Assembly: GCA_965261735.1 (NCBI GenBank)
Contig: OZ253470.1
Span: 2,048,001-2,112,000 of the forward strand
Reading direction: 5' to 3'
Source: Alphaproteobacteria bacterium
Lineage (GTDB): Bacteria > Pseudomonadota > Alphaproteobacteria > SHVV01
Length of the DNA stretch: 64,000 bases
Shown: positions 1 through 10,048 of the stretch, piece by piece
How the letters are laid out: the number at the start of each line of letters is the position of its first letter
Position numbering within the stretch: position 1 is the stretch's first letter
Notes under the pieces: model-generated
Seen by the model: only the letters and a program-made list of their open reading frames with translations
The model's database searches: none
Told to the model about the DNA's origin: nothing
Program-made: the position numbers and the translations under genes

Positions 1-69
1 TTCCAACTGCAACATTTCTTGCCGTGCGCCCCCCGCTCGGTCGTGCCTGTGCTGGAGGGTGAGTAAGCC

Positions 70-1077
70 GTGGCCCGCGTTCCGCTGACCATCGTCACCG
101 ACAACTACGACCGCATCCAGGCGCTGCGCGACGGCGAGGTGAAGGTCGAGGGGTGCGAGGTCACCTACCTCAACCTGCCGCCCTCGTCGACCTTTCCGCG
201 CCTCATGCGCTACCAGGAGTTCCAGGTCTCGGAGATGTCGCTGTCGACCTACATGCTGGCGCGCTCGCGCCGCGACCTCCCCTACCGGGCCATCCCCGTC
301 GCCGCATCGCGGACCTTCGCCCATGGCTCGATCTGGGTGCGCGAAGGTGGGCCCATCGCAGATCCTGCGGACCTGAAGGGCGCGACCATCGGCATGCCTA
401 ACTACCACTTCACCCGCGGGCTGTCGGTCAAGGGGATGCTGAAGGACGAGTACGGCATCGACTATGAGGGCGTGAAGCTCCGCTTCGGCGGCGTCGATAC
501 CGCGTTCGACCACGCCTACATGGACTTCGACATCGCGCTCGAGATCGAGGCGCGGCCCATCGCCGCCGGCGAGACGCTGAGCCAGCACCTTCTCGACGGC
601 CGGATCGACGCCCTCATCGCGGCGCGCGCACCACAAATCTTTCTCGACGGCGATCCGCGGGTGCGCCGGCTGTTCCCCGACTTCCGCGCCCGTGAGCGGG
701 ACTACTGGACGCGCACACGCGTGTGGCCGGTCATGCACCTCATCGGCATCCGCCTCGACGTGCTCGAGGCCTACCCGTGGCTGCCGCTCAACCTCATGAA
801 CGCGTTCGAGCTCGCCAAGCAAGCGGCGATGACGCGCCTGTTCGAGTTTCACCCGATGAACGCGAGCCTGCCCTGGCTCCAGGCCGAGGCCGAGGAGACG
901 GTCGCGCTCATGGGCGAGGACTTCTGGCCCTACGGCCTCGAACCGCTACGCACGACGCTGGCAGCCCAGACGCGCTGGTCCTTCGAGCAGGGCATCTCGG
1001 CGACCAAGTTCGAGCCCGAGGACCTGTTCATCGAATCCACGCGCGCCTGGCGCCCGGTCGACGCTCTGCGGCGCTAG
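70..1077 (+). CDS. 4,5-dihydroxyphthalate decarboxylase-like / periplasmic-binding-protein-fold protein
   Basis: YDRIQALRDGEVKVEG, SEMSLSTY, WPVMHLIG and GEDFWPYG motifs typical of the OphC/Pht5-like family; GTG start after GGAGGG. Confidence 0.7.
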   Translation: MARVPLTIVTDNYDRIQALRDGEVKVEGCEVTYLNLPPSSTFPRLMRYQEFQVSEMSLSTYMLARSRRDLPYRAIPVAASRTFAHGSIWVREGGPIADPADLKGATIGMPNYHFTRGLSVKGMLKDEYGIDYEGVKLRFGGVDTAFDHAYMDFDIALEIEARPIAAGETLSQHLLDGRIDALIAARAPQIFLDGDPRVRRLFPDFRARERDYWTRTRVWPVMHLIGIRLDVLEAYPWLPLNLMNAFELAKQAAMTRLFEFHPMNASLPWLQAEAEETVALMGEDFWPYGLEPLRTTLAAQTRWSFEQGISATKFEPEDLFIESTRAWRPVDALRR

Positions 1078-1096
1078 CGCGGCCAGCCGGCCCCTT

Positions 1097-2026
1097 TCAC
1101 AATTGCGCGGCGATGCCCGCCAGCAGCTCGAGGTGGCGCTCGTGCTCGCCGGCGAAGCGCAGCACGAAGTGGCTGACGCCGGCGCCCTGATAGGCCGCCA
1201 TGAGGTCCGCGGCGCCGGCGAGCGGGCCAGCGTAGCAGGGCTGGCGCTTGCGCAGCAGGTCGGGGCGCTGGCCGTAGTAGCTCTCGATGAATCCGTCCAT
1301 CCGGCGCCCCGCCCGCACCGCGTCGTCGTCGATCGCGAGGGTGAGGTAGACGGCCCCGGTGAGCTCGCCGGGATCGCGGCCCGCATCACGCGCGCACGCG
1401 ACCATGCGCGCCCATATCTCGGCGTACTCCTGCGGGTTGGGCCCGTTCGGGAACCAGCCGTCGAAATGGCGGCCGACCCGCTCGATCGTCGCCGCCACCG
1501 AGCCGCCGATCCAGATCGGCGGACCGCCGGGCCGGTGCGGTGTCGGGCCCAGGGTGCCGCGGACGCTCCAGCACCCCTCCCAGTCCACCGGCTCGCCGCT
1601 CCATAGCGCGCGGCACAGGCGCAGGCCCTCGAGCATGCGCCCGGCGCGCTTCGCGAAGGGTACGCCCGCGGCCGCGAACTCGGCGCGCACGTTGGCCACG
1701 TCCGAAGCGATGCCGACGCCGAGGATGACGCGGCCCTCGGAGACCTGGTCGAGGGTCGCGATCTGGTGCGCGAGCACGACGGGGTTACGCAACGCCGGGA
1801 GCAGGACCGCGGTGCCGAGCGCGACGCGCCGGGTGCGCGCGGCGACGCCGGCGAGCAGGGTGATCGGCTCGTGGCGCGGCCGCGCGAGCAGCGAATCGCC
1901 GACCCACACCGAATCGTAGCCCAAGGCTTCGGCGCGCTCGGCCAGCGCCAGCAGCGGCGCCGCCCCAGGCCGGCCCTCCATGACGCTCTCGCGCGTCGGC
2001 AGCAGGTATCCTATGCGCGGGCCGAT
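1097..2026 (-). CDS. LLM-class flavin-dependent oxidoreductase (luciferase-like)
   Basis: GYDSVWVGDS, LGTAVLL, ATLDQVSEGRVILGVG; homology extends upstream of ATG 1981 (PRIGYLLPTRE) to an in-frame ATC at 2026 with GGAGGA just upstream. Confidence 0.85.
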   Translation of the reverse strand: MGPRIGYLLPTRESVMEGRPGAAPLLALAERAEALGYDSVWVGDSLLARPRHEPITLLAGVAARTRRVALGTAVLLPALRNPVVLAHQIATLDQVSEGRVILGVGIASDVANVRAEFAAAGVPFAKRAGRMLEGLRLCRALWSGEPVDWEGCWSVRGTLGPTPHRPGGPPIWIGGSVAATIERVGRHFDGWFPNGPNPQEYAEIWARMVACARDAGRDPGELTGAVYLTLAIDDDAVRAGRRMDGFIESYYGQRPDLLRKRQPCYAGPLAGAADLMAAYQGAGVSHFVLRFAGEHERHLELLAGIAAQL

Positions 2027-2046
2027 GGCGTCCTCCCGGTCGTCGA

Positions 2047-2653
2047 TCAGCGTGGCTTGGCCGGGCCGCCGAACTCCGACGAGAAGCCCATCGTCATGAA
2101 TTCGCCAAGGGCGGCGTAGTTGGGCCCGCCGAGGCGCGCCAGCGGGCGCAGCGCCGCCGTCACGATGCGGCCGCCCGCGAGCAGCTCATCGCGCACATGG
2201 AAATGGACGACCTCACCGATCACCAGCCGGTCGCGCTCCTCGCCGAGCTCGATGATCTGGTGCAGGCGGCACTCGAGGTGAATGGGCGAGATCGCGAGGC
2301 GCGGCGGAGCGACTAGCGTGCTCGGCAGCGTCTCGAGGCCGAGCGCCTCGACCTCGCTCACGTCTGGCGGATAGTCGGCCGATGTCTCGTGCATCACCTG
2401 GGCCGCATCGACCGTCACCACGTTGACGACGAAATCGCCGTGGGCCTCGATGTTGGTCGCGGTGTCCTTCAACCTGCCCTCGCGGCGCCCGATATTGCGG
2501 CAGCTTCTTGCAGACGAAGGTGTAGCAGCTGAATGGAGCGGCATTGAGGCGACCCGCCTCGTCGAGCGAGGTCACCCACGCGATCGGCCGCGGCACCACG
2601 ACCCCGACCAGTAACTCCACCGCATCAAGCTCGGCCGCGGCAATCTCCATCAT
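2047..2653 (-). pseudogene. flavin reductase (DIM6/NTAB family), frameshifted
   Basis: N-terminal VVPRPIAWVTS..NAAPFS in the 2213..2713 frame; C-terminal KDTATNI..FVVNVV..PLARLGG in the 2047..2544 frame; frame switch near 2500-2515. Confidence 0.8.
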
Positions 2654-2711
2654 CCACCCTCGATTTCTGTTGGCGTCTCGGCAGAGTTCCCTCGCGGCGT
2701 CCGACCCACTC

Positions 2712-2740
2712 ACACTTCGACAGGCTCAGGGTGGGGTCCA
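2712..2740 (+). repeat. degenerate REP-like element (CTTCGACAGGCTCAGGGTG type)
   Basis: matches the intergenic CTTCGAC(A/G)(A/G)GCTCAGG palindromic-repeat half-site as I recall it; single copy in the window. Confidence 0.35.
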
Positions 2741-2963
2741 TACGAAGGCACCGGAGGGAGGGCCTCGATCGTCCCACACCGCGAGGAATCACACAAATGT
2801 GGTTGCGGCACCGATCTCGACGGAATCGCGCACGGCCGAGCCACGAGGCCACCCCTGCCGTCAACCTTGTCGGGTGTCAGAATGACCGCGCTAGGGCGCG
2901 GAGCGTGCCTGTGCTGGGAAGGCGAGACCTTGCGCGGTCTTCAGCCCATTCCTCGCGCTCGCG

Positions 2964-3881
2964 TTAGGCGAGTTGATGCTCGACCGGACCTGCGACGCCG
3001 GCCCTTCGCCCGATCCTGGCGGGCCGCGCCACCCGCGGTCTCGGAGCCATCGTTCCGACTCCGAGTTGCATGCCCTCGCGGGCCACGAAAGCGCCGGCAA
3101 ACTCGCGCTTCGCGGCGCGCGCGATCTGCTTCATCGTGGCGTCGTCATGATCTGGGTCGTGATGAAATATGGCCAGATTGCTGACGTTCGCCGCCCGCGC
3201 GATCCTCACGCCCTCCTGCCAGGTCGAATGGCCCCAACCGATCTTGGTCTCGAATTCTTTATCGGTGTACGTCGAGTCGTAGATCAGCAGATCGGCGCCC
3301 TCGACCAGCCCGAGCACGTTTTGATCGGGCCTCCCCTTGCGATGTTCCGTGTCGGTGACGTAGCACAGCGAGCGGCCGTCGTGCTCGAAGCGGTACCCGG
3401 TCGCACCGTTCGGGTGGTTGAGGGAGGTCGTGCGCACGCCAATCGTGGCGTTGCGGCCCAACCTGAGGGTGTCTCCGGCCGCAAAGTCCTCGAACGTGAG
3501 GCTCCCCTTCATCGCCTCCAGCGGCACCGGGAAGTAGGGGTTCTTCAGCTGGCCGGCAAAGACGCCGGCGATACCACCGAAGGCGCCGAGGTGGCCGGCC
3601 ATGACGCGAAGCGAGCATTCCTCGTGGAAGGCCGGCGAGAAGAAGGGCAGGCCATGGATGTGATCCCAATGGGTGTGCGACAGCAGGATGGTCGCGCGCC
3701 GGACGTCCTTGCGCAGCAGCCAATGTCCGAGATTGCGAATCCCCGAGCCGCCGTCGAGAATGAATCGTTCGCCGTCGATCGCAATCTCGACGCAGGAGGT
3801 GTTGCCACCGAAGAACGCGTGCTGCGTGCCGGGGCATGGGATCGATCCCCTGACCCCCCAGAATTTCACCTTAAAGCTCAT
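2964..3881 (-). CDS. MBL-fold metallo-hydrolase (RNase Z / cyclic-nucleotide phosphodiesterase-like)
   Basis: FWGVRGSIP, GGNTSC, SHTHWDH (HxHxDH), TDTEH, GWGHS, FHHDP. Confidence 0.9.
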   Translation of the reverse strand: MSFKVKFWGVRGSIPCPGTQHAFFGGNTSCVEIAIDGERFILDGGSGIRNLGHWLLRKDVRRATILLSHTHWDHIHGLPFFSPAFHEECSLRVMAGHLGAFGGIAGVFAGQLKNPYFPVPLEAMKGSLTFEDFAAGDTLRLGRNATIGVRTTSLNHPNGATGYRFEHDGRSLCYVTDTEHRKGRPDQNVLGLVEGADLLIYDSTYTDKEFETKIGWGHSTWQEGVRIARAANVSNLAIFHHDPDHDDATMKQIARAAKREFAGAFVAREGMQLGVGTMAPRPRVARPARIGRRAGVAGPVEHQLA

Positions 3882-3951
3882 CTCCGCCTCGCTGGCACTA
3901 GAGAACAGACAAAAAGTAGGTGCCTGGCACCCCCAATAATGATCCTTTTGG

Positions 3952-3966
3952 TTAAGAAACCTGTAA
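3952..3966. promoter_or_regulatory. CtrA-box-like site TTAA-N7-GTAA
   Basis: ttaa-gaaacct-gtaa, 7/8 match to TTAA-N7-TTAA, in the AT-rich divergent intergenic region. Confidence 0.35.
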
Positions 3967-4063
3967 GCCGATGGACGACGGCGTTGTCGGCATCGCGGAC
4001 CCCTCGGCTCCTCGGTCGGCCGCGGCGCCCGTCGAAGAGCACCGTCCGTCCCGCGCGCGGACC

Positions 4064-5317
4064 ATGACCCAGGGTTCCGCGCGGGCGCGGGGTGCGGCGA
4101 TGGGCGCGGTCGAGCGCCGCCTGCGCGCGGCTTTCCTCGGCTACAAGCTGTTCCGACACGCCCAGTTCAGCGGGCCCGTCATCGTGCCCTTCTATCTGCT
4201 CGTGGGTGTTCCCCTCGAGCGCGTGTTCGTCTTCGTCAGCGTCTATACCTTTGCGTGGGCGATGGCCGAGGTGCCCTCGGGCATCCTCGCCGATCGCCTC
4301 GGGCGCCGGCTCATCCTCGCCGTCGGCCTGGGCTCGCGCGTGGCCGGCTTGCTCGCACTCTTCGGAGCCGCGATCCTTGCCGAGACCCTCGGCTTTCCCG
4401 CCATCACGGTGATCTTCGTCGCCGGCAACATCGCGCTCGGTATCGGCGAGGCGTGCCTGTCGGGGGCCGACGCGGCGCACGTCTACGACACCCTCGAAGC
4501 GCCCGACAAGGACCGCAAGTTCCGCGACATAACGGGCCAGGGCGCGGCCGTGCGGCACGTCTCCTCGGGAACCTCACCCATCGCCGGCGGCTTCATCGCG
4601 TCGTCGCTGGGCTTGCCGCTGACCGTGCTGTTCAGCGCCGCCGCCGACTTTATCGCCGCGCTGTTCGTGGGCTTTTTCCCGCCCGCCCGCCAAGCAGCCG
4701 CCGAGGATGTGCCGCGCGGGCTTACTGGCGCCGTGCGGGAGTTCTGGAACACGCCCTACTTGCGTACAACGGTCATCTTCCTTGCGGCGATCGCCGTCTA
4801 TCTGTTGTTGTCGATGTTCATCATCCAGGCGATCCTCGCCGACTTCGCCGTCGACATCGTCTGGTTCGGCCTCACCTTCGGTGCCATCCATCTGGCCGCA
4901 TCCGTTGCCGCGGCGCGTAACACCTACTTCATGAGGTGGCGGCGGGCCACAATGGCGACGGCCCTCGTGGCCGCGATCTTCGCCTTCCTCGTGCTCGCTG
5001 CGGCCGGCGTGTGGCTCGGCGGCACAGGCGGCCTCGTGCTCGCCGGCGCGGGCTTTCTTCTCTATGGCCTGGTGCGAGGGCTCGCCGCGCCGATCCTACT
5101 CGCCTGGATCAACGCCCATTGCGGCTCGACCAACCGCGCCGGCGTGATCTCGATCGCCTATCTGCTAGGCACGCTGACCGTGGCCTTCGGCTCGCCGCTC
5201 TTCGGCTACGCGGTCGGCTGGATCGGGCTCACCGCGTCGCTCATCGCCGCCGCGCTGCTGTTGATCCCGGCAGGCCTCGTCCTGATCCCGATGGTGCGCG
5301 AGACCGAGCGCGGCTAG
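4064..5317 (+). CDS. MFS transporter
   Basis: EVPSGILADRLGRR (motif A) and many hydrophobic segments; start could also be 3971 or 4100. Confidence 0.85.
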   Translation: MTQGSARARGAAMGAVERRLRAAFLGYKLFRHAQFSGPVIVPFYLLVGVPLERVFVFVSVYTFAWAMAEVPSGILADRLGRRLILAVGLGSRVAGLLALFGAAILAETLGFPAITVIFVAGNIALGIGEACLSGADAAHVYDTLEAPDKDRKFRDITGQGAAVRHVSSGTSPIAGGFIASSLGLPLTVLFSAAADFIAALFVGFFPPARQAAAEDVPRGLTGAVREFWNTPYLRTTVIFLAAIAVYLLLSMFIIQAILADFAVDIVWFGLTFGAIHLAASVAAARNTYFMRWRRATMATALVAAIFAFLVLAAAGVWLGGTGGLVLAGAGFLLYGLVRGLAAPILLAWINAHCGSTNRAGVISIAYLLGTLTVAFGSPLFGYAVGWIGLTASLIAAALLLIPAGLVLIPMVRETERG

Positions 5318-5772
5318 CCGAGCGAGCGCGAGCGCGGCTTTTGCGCGAGCTCGATGGTGATGCCGTCGGGGTCGCGGAAGTAGGCGGTGCGGGCGCCGCG
5401 CTCGGGGCGCTCGACGACGCGGTTGTACATGACCAGGCCGTAGTCCTTGGCGCCGGCAAGCGCGCCTTCGAGGTTGTCGACCTCGAGCGCGAAGTGCCAG
5501 GCGCCGGTATCGCAGATGCGCGCGTTGACGCGTTGACGATCCGCCGGGGCCTGCCACTCGACGAGCTCGATCATGTGTCCATCGGGCGAGCGGATGAAGC
5601 CGAGATTTACGTCGGCGCGCACCCCCGTGAGGGTTTCGACGAGTTCGGGCTCGCCCACGTCCTCGGCCACGAGCTCGAAGCCGAGAAAGTCGCGGAACAG
5701 CCGGATCGTGCGCTGGAGATCGGACACCGCGAACGCCGTATGGACCGTGCCGAGGACCTTGAAATCCGCCAT
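5314..5772 (-). CDS. VOC/glyoxalase family protein
   Basis: HTAFAVSDL, IELVEW, HFALEVD, YFRDPDGITIEL; GGGGGAGG upstream of ATG 5772. Confidence 0.85.
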   Translation of the reverse strand: MADFKVLGTVHTAFAVSDLQRTIRLFRDFLGFELVAEDVGEPELVETLTGVRADVNLGFIRSPDGHMIELVEWQAPADRQRVNARICDTGAWHFALEVDNLEGALAGAKDYGLVMYNRVVERPERGARTAYFRDPDGITIELAQKPRSRSLG

Positions 5773-5919
5773 CGAAAACCTCCCCCTTCGCGTTAGATGC
5801 TTTTGTCGGCGAGCATAACGGCCCGCGCGCGCCTTTGGAAGCAATGGAGGCGCTGCGCCGTTGACCACTGCCCGCGCCAGGGTCCACCATGGGGATACTC
5901 GAACCCGGGAGAGGCTATC

Positions 5920-7065
5920 ATGGCGCAATCAAGCCAGCTCAAGACCAAAAGCGGATTTCACCCCGACCCGGAACTCTCGGCCACGCTGCCCGGCACCTAC
6001 TACTACGATCCCGAGATCTTTGGACGCGAGCGCGAGGAGATCTGGTTCAAGACCTGGCAGCTCGCGGGATATCTCGGCGATCTCAAGGAGCCCGGCAGCT
6101 ACGTCACGTCCGACATCCTCGGCCAAAAAGTGTTCGTCGTGCGCGCCAGGGATGGGCGTTTACGCGCGTTCTACAACGTGTGCATGCACCGCGGCCACAC
6201 TCTGCTCGAGGGCAAGGGCAATACGCGCATGATCATGTGCCCGTTCCACGCCTGGACCTATGATCTCGAGGGCAACCTGAAGGCGGCCGGCAACTCGGAG
6301 AACGTCGCCGGCTTCGACCACGACGACTTCTGCCTGCCCGAGATCCGCGTCGAGGCGTTCCTCAACATGGCGTTCGTCAATCTCGATGCTGACGCACCGC
6401 CGCTGTCCAGCCTCATGGGCGGGCTCGAGGCCGAGGTGCGCGCCGTCATACCGCGCTTCGACGATCTCGCCTTCGGCCGGTCCGACCCGTTCGACGTGCG
6501 CGCCAACTGGAAGTTCGTGTTCGACCAGGTCGAGTGCTACCACTGCCCGCACCTCCACCCCGAGGTCATCAAGGGCAAGAAGTTCGAGTGTCGGACCTCG
6601 GTCGCGCACGAGTACTACTCCTCGCACGTCAACCCCGGCGACCGGGAGATGATCGACGAGGGCAGTTCAGAGCTCCCCTACGCCTTCAGTCCCGACGACG
6701 AGTTGCAGGACGTCCACGTCTGGTGGATGTGGCCCAACATGTACCTGGCGGCGCACCAGGGCCCGGCCAACTTCAAGATCATCCGCGCCGTTCCCGTGAC
6801 CCCGGAGCTCACCTTCGAGACCGTCGACCACTTCTTCCTCAGCGATCCGCCGAGCGCCGGCGAGACCGCGATCATGGACTACTTCCGCGACCTCGTTCAG
6901 CCCCAGGACATCGGCGCCATGCAGGGCCAGCAGCTCGGCATCCACGCGCGCGGCTACAAGCAGGGCCGTCTCATGGTCGATGCCGAACGCTCGTGGCGCA
7001 GCGAACACATCGTCCACCTGTTCGACAATCTCGTCTGGACCTCGCTGAACGGCCCCAACTACTGA
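5920..7065 (+). CDS. Rieske non-heme iron oxygenase alpha subunit, CntA/YeaW (carnitine/choline oxygenase)-like
   Basis: Rieske CMHRGH...CPFHAW; mononuclear-iron ECYHCPHLH; C-terminal ARGYKQGRLMVD..SEH resembles CntA. Confidence 0.85.
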   Translation: MAQSSQLKTKSGFHPDPELSATLPGTYYYDPEIFGREREEIWFKTWQLAGYLGDLKEPGSYVTSDILGQKVFVVRARDGRLRAFYNVCMHRGHTLLEGKGNTRMIMCPFHAWTYDLEGNLKAAGNSENVAGFDHDDFCLPEIRVEAFLNMAFVNLDADAPPLSSLMGGLEAEVRAVIPRFDDLAFGRSDPFDVRANWKFVFDQVECYHCPHLHPEVIKGKKFECRTSVAHEYYSSHVNPGDREMIDEGSSELPYAFSPDDELQDVHVWWMWPNMYLAAHQGPANFKIIRAVPVTPELTFETVDHFFLSDPPSAGETAIMDYFRDLVQPQDIGAMQGQQLGIHARGYKQGRLMVDAERSWRSEHIVHLFDNLVWTSLNGPNY

Positions 7066-7523
7066 TGGCGAGCGTGGAGAAGGTGTTCGTCACCCCGCAG
7101 GGCGGGGCCGCGATGCGGGAGGTCGCCGAGATCGAAGCCATCGAGGGCTGCGGCCTCAAGGGCGACCGCTACTGCGAGCGCACCGGCTTCTACACCGCGA
7201 TCGACGAGTGCGAGGTGACACTGATCGAGGCCGAGGACCTCGACGAGATCCAGTCCACGACCGGAATCAAGGTCGATGCCGGCGAGCACCGGCGCAACCT
7301 CGTGACCCGCGGCATCCGGCTACTCGGCCTCGCCGGCCAGCGCTTCCGCATCGGCGAGGTCGAGTTCGCCTATGACCGGCCGCGCCCACCTTGCGGCTAC
7401 ATCCAGTCGCTCACCGAGCGCGGCATGACCCGGGCCCTGTGGGGCCGCGGCGGCATCTGCGTTCGCGTCGTCAAGTCCGGCATGATCCGAGCCGGCGATC
7501 CCATCACGGTACTCGAGCGCTAA
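7065..7523 (+). CDS. MOSC-domain protein
   Basis: GLKGDRY, RRNLVTRG, RPRPPCGY, GRGG..RVVKSGMIRAGD; TGATG overlap with the oxygenase. Confidence 0.85.
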   Translation: MASVEKVFVTPQGGAAMREVAEIEAIEGCGLKGDRYCERTGFYTAIDECEVTLIEAEDLDEIQSTTGIKVDAGEHRRNLVTRGIRLLGLAGQRFRIGEVEFAYDRPRPPCGYIQSLTERGMTRALWGRGGICVRVVKSGMIRAGDPITVLER

Positions 7524-7676
7524 CACCCGCGCGGGCCGCACGGCGGCGGCGGTGCCGGACTGTAATCTCAAGCAGGTAAACGCGGGATGCGGCACGGCAA
7601 GACGGCCGCGTGGCCCTTGTGGGATACGAACCCGGTTTCCGTACCCCGACCAATCCGAGCCGTGACACAAACCCGG

Positions 7677-8990
7677 ATGGACAGACGATTGCGCGCCCCT
7701 GTCGATCTACTCCCGGCGAGTCTCGAGGAAGCGGAGCGCAACGCGGAACGCATCGCCGCCCTGGCACGGGCAGGTGCCGCCCTGGTGATTGGACTGGCGG
7801 TCGCAGCGGCGATCTTGCTGTTGCCCGACGAAACCCGCGCCTACCTGCTACCGCGCCTTTACACCGGCCTCGTGACAATGGCGGGCTTTCTGGTCGTGGC
7901 CGGCGCTTCGTACTATGCGAGCAAGCGCGAGCCCTTTCGCCTCGGTTATGCGTACCTGTTCGTCGCCATGGACGTCGTCCTGATCGGGGTGGCGCCCTAC
8001 GCCGGCCTGGCTTTGGCAGGGCATCCCGGTCGTTACGTATTCGCCCAGCCGGCGGTGTGGATCATCCCCGTCATTTTGGCGATCCAGGCCATACGGTTCC
8101 GCGACGGACCGTTGATTTTTTCCGCCGCGCTCTATGTCGTGGTACTGGCGGCCCTCTTGTTTGTGGCCACGCCGCGCGCGGTCGATCCGGGTGGAGGGGA
8201 TACGCTGGTCTTGCTGCTCGATACACCGCCCGGTGCGGTGCGCATTTTGATGTTGGCCGTCGCCTCGGCGGTGCTGGTGTTCGCGGTTCGCAACAAGCGC
8301 GACATGCTCGCCCGCGGCATCGGTGCGACGCGACGGGAAGCCGAACTCAACCGGTTCCTGCCGCCGGAGGTTTCCCGCTCGCTCGATCCGCAAACGCCGA
8401 CCGCGGCGGAGCAGCGTGAACTCGCGGTTCTGTTCGTCGACCTGGTGGGCTTTACGCGCGCAGCGGAGCAGACAAACCCGCCCGACATCGCCCGCTGGCT
8501 CGGATCCTATCGCGACCGGGTCCATACGGCGGTCCGGGCCCATGGTGGCTTTATCGACAAATTCATTGGCGATGGCGTGATGGCGATCTTTGGCTACGAA
8601 ACAGACGCCCCGACGACGGCGCGCTCGGTCATGGGAGCCATCCCGGCGCTGGCCGCGGCGATCGGGGACTGGCATGGCTCGGAGCCGCAGGCCCCCAAGT
8701 TCGAGCTGGCCATCGGCGGCGCGCTTGGACCGGTATTCGTTGGGGTGATTGGGGCAGGCGAGCGGCGCGAGTTCACGGTTATCGGCGACGCGGTCAACGT
8801 CGCCGCGCGCCTAGAAGGCATCGCAAAGGAGCGAGGTGCGCTGGCGGCGCTAAGCGGCGACCTCGTCGCGGGCGCGACAAGCGCTGAGATCTTCGAACTC
8901 GGACCGACCGAGCTGCGCGGACGGGCCGGTGCCGTTGAGGTCTGCCTGGTTCCGCGCCCGAAACCCGCGGCTGACGGTAGCGCTACATGA
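7677..8990 (+). CDS. membrane-bound class III adenylate/guanylate cyclase
   Basis: N-terminal TM helices; LFVDLVGFT, DKFIGDGVMAIFG, FTVIGDAVNVAARLE. Confidence 0.9.
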   Translation: MDRRLRAPVDLLPASLEEAERNAERIAALARAGAALVIGLAVAAAILLLPDETRAYLLPRLYTGLVTMAGFLVVAGASYYASKREPFRLGYAYLFVAMDVVLIGVAPYAGLALAGHPGRYVFAQPAVWIIPVILAIQAIRFRDGPLIFSAALYVVVLAALLFVATPRAVDPGGGDTLVLLLDTPPGAVRILMLAVASAVLVFAVRNKRDMLARGIGATRREAELNRFLPPEVSRSLDPQTPTAAEQRELAVLFVDLVGFTRAAEQTNPPDIARWLGSYRDRVHTAVRAHGGFIDKFIGDGVMAIFGYETDAPTTARSVMGAIPALAAAIGDWHGSEPQAPKFELAIGGALGPVFVGVIGAGERREFTVIGDAVNVAARLEGIAKERGALAALSGDLVAGATSAEIFELGPTELRGRAGAVEVCLVPRPKPAADGSAT

Positions 8991-10039
8991 CCGGTGGCAT
9001 TCTGCTCTATGGCGCGACGGGGTACACCGCCAAACTCGTCGCTGCATTAGCGCGCGAGCGCGGTGTCGCACCGGTGCTGGCCGGCCGCAGCGAGGCCGGT
9101 GTCAGGGCGGTCGCCGACGCCCACGGCATGGAGGCCACGGCCTTCGGCCTCGACGACCGCGACGGTATGGACAAGGCGCTCGCCCCCGTGGACGCCGTGC
9201 TCCATTGCGCGGGACCCTTTTCTGCGACGTCCAAGCCGATGGTCGACGCGTGCCTCCGCACCGGCACCCACTATCTCGACATCACCGGTGAGATCGACGT
9301 CTTCGAGGCCTGTGCAGCTCGCGGCGATGAAGCGGCAGAGAAGGGCGTCATGTTGCTACCGGGCGTCGGCTTCGACGTCGTCCCGAGCGACTGCCTGGCG
9401 GCCCACGCGGGTGCGAAGGTCGGCGGCGCCACCCGGCTCACGCTCGCGATCGCGGGGCCAACCACGTTGTCGCGAGGTACTTCGAAAACCGTCGTTGAGG
9501 GCATCGGCCAGGCGATCCAGGTGCGCCGCGCTGGCCGGATCGTGACCCTAACGAAGCCGATCCGGCGCGAGATCGACTTCGGCGATCGAACGGAGTCTTG
9601 CGTGTCGATCAGCTGGGGCGACGTTGCGACCGCACATTATTCGACCGGCGCCCGCGATATCGAAGTCCTTTTCCGTTCGATGCCGGAGGTCGAACGGGCC
9701 GTGAAGCTCGGTCCGTTGATGCGCTTCCTGCTCGCAACGAGGTTCGCGCAAGCCATGCTCAAGCGCCAGATCGACAAGCAACCGGAGGGTCCCGACGCGG
9801 CCGAGCGCGCGCGCGGCTCGAGCACCCTATTCGCCGAGGCGGTAAGCGCCGGCGGCGAGACGGCGCGCGCGATCCTGCGCACGCCGGAGGCCTATTCGCT
9901 GACCGCTGATAGTGCGCTAACGATTGCCTCGCGCGTCGCCGCAGGGGATATCAAGCCCGGTTTTCAAACACCGGCGACCGCGTTCGGGGCTGATTTCGTC
10001 CTCGAGCTGGAGGGCGTGAGCCGCGAGGACGTCCCGTAG
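8987..10039 (+). CDS. saccharopine dehydrogenase-like NAD(P)-binding oxidoreductase
   Basis: YGATGYT, CAGPF, HYLDITGE, GFDVVPSD; ATGA overlap with the cyclase. Confidence 0.85.
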   Translation: MTGGILLYGATGYTAKLVAALARERGVAPVLAGRSEAGVRAVADAHGMEATAFGLDDRDGMDKALAPVDAVLHCAGPFSATSKPMVDACLRTGTHYLDITGEIDVFEACAARGDEAAEKGVMLLPGVGFDVVPSDCLAAHAGAKVGGATRLTLAIAGPTTLSRGTSKTVVEGIGQAIQVRRAGRIVTLTKPIRREIDFGDRTESCVSISWGDVATAHYSTGARDIEVLFRSMPEVERAVKLGPLMRFLLATRFAQAMLKRQIDKQPEGPDAAERARGSSTLFAEAVSAGGETARAILRTPEAYSLTADSALTIASRVAAGDIKPGFQTPATAFGADFVLELEGVSREDVP

Positions 10040-10048
10040 GGCGCCACC

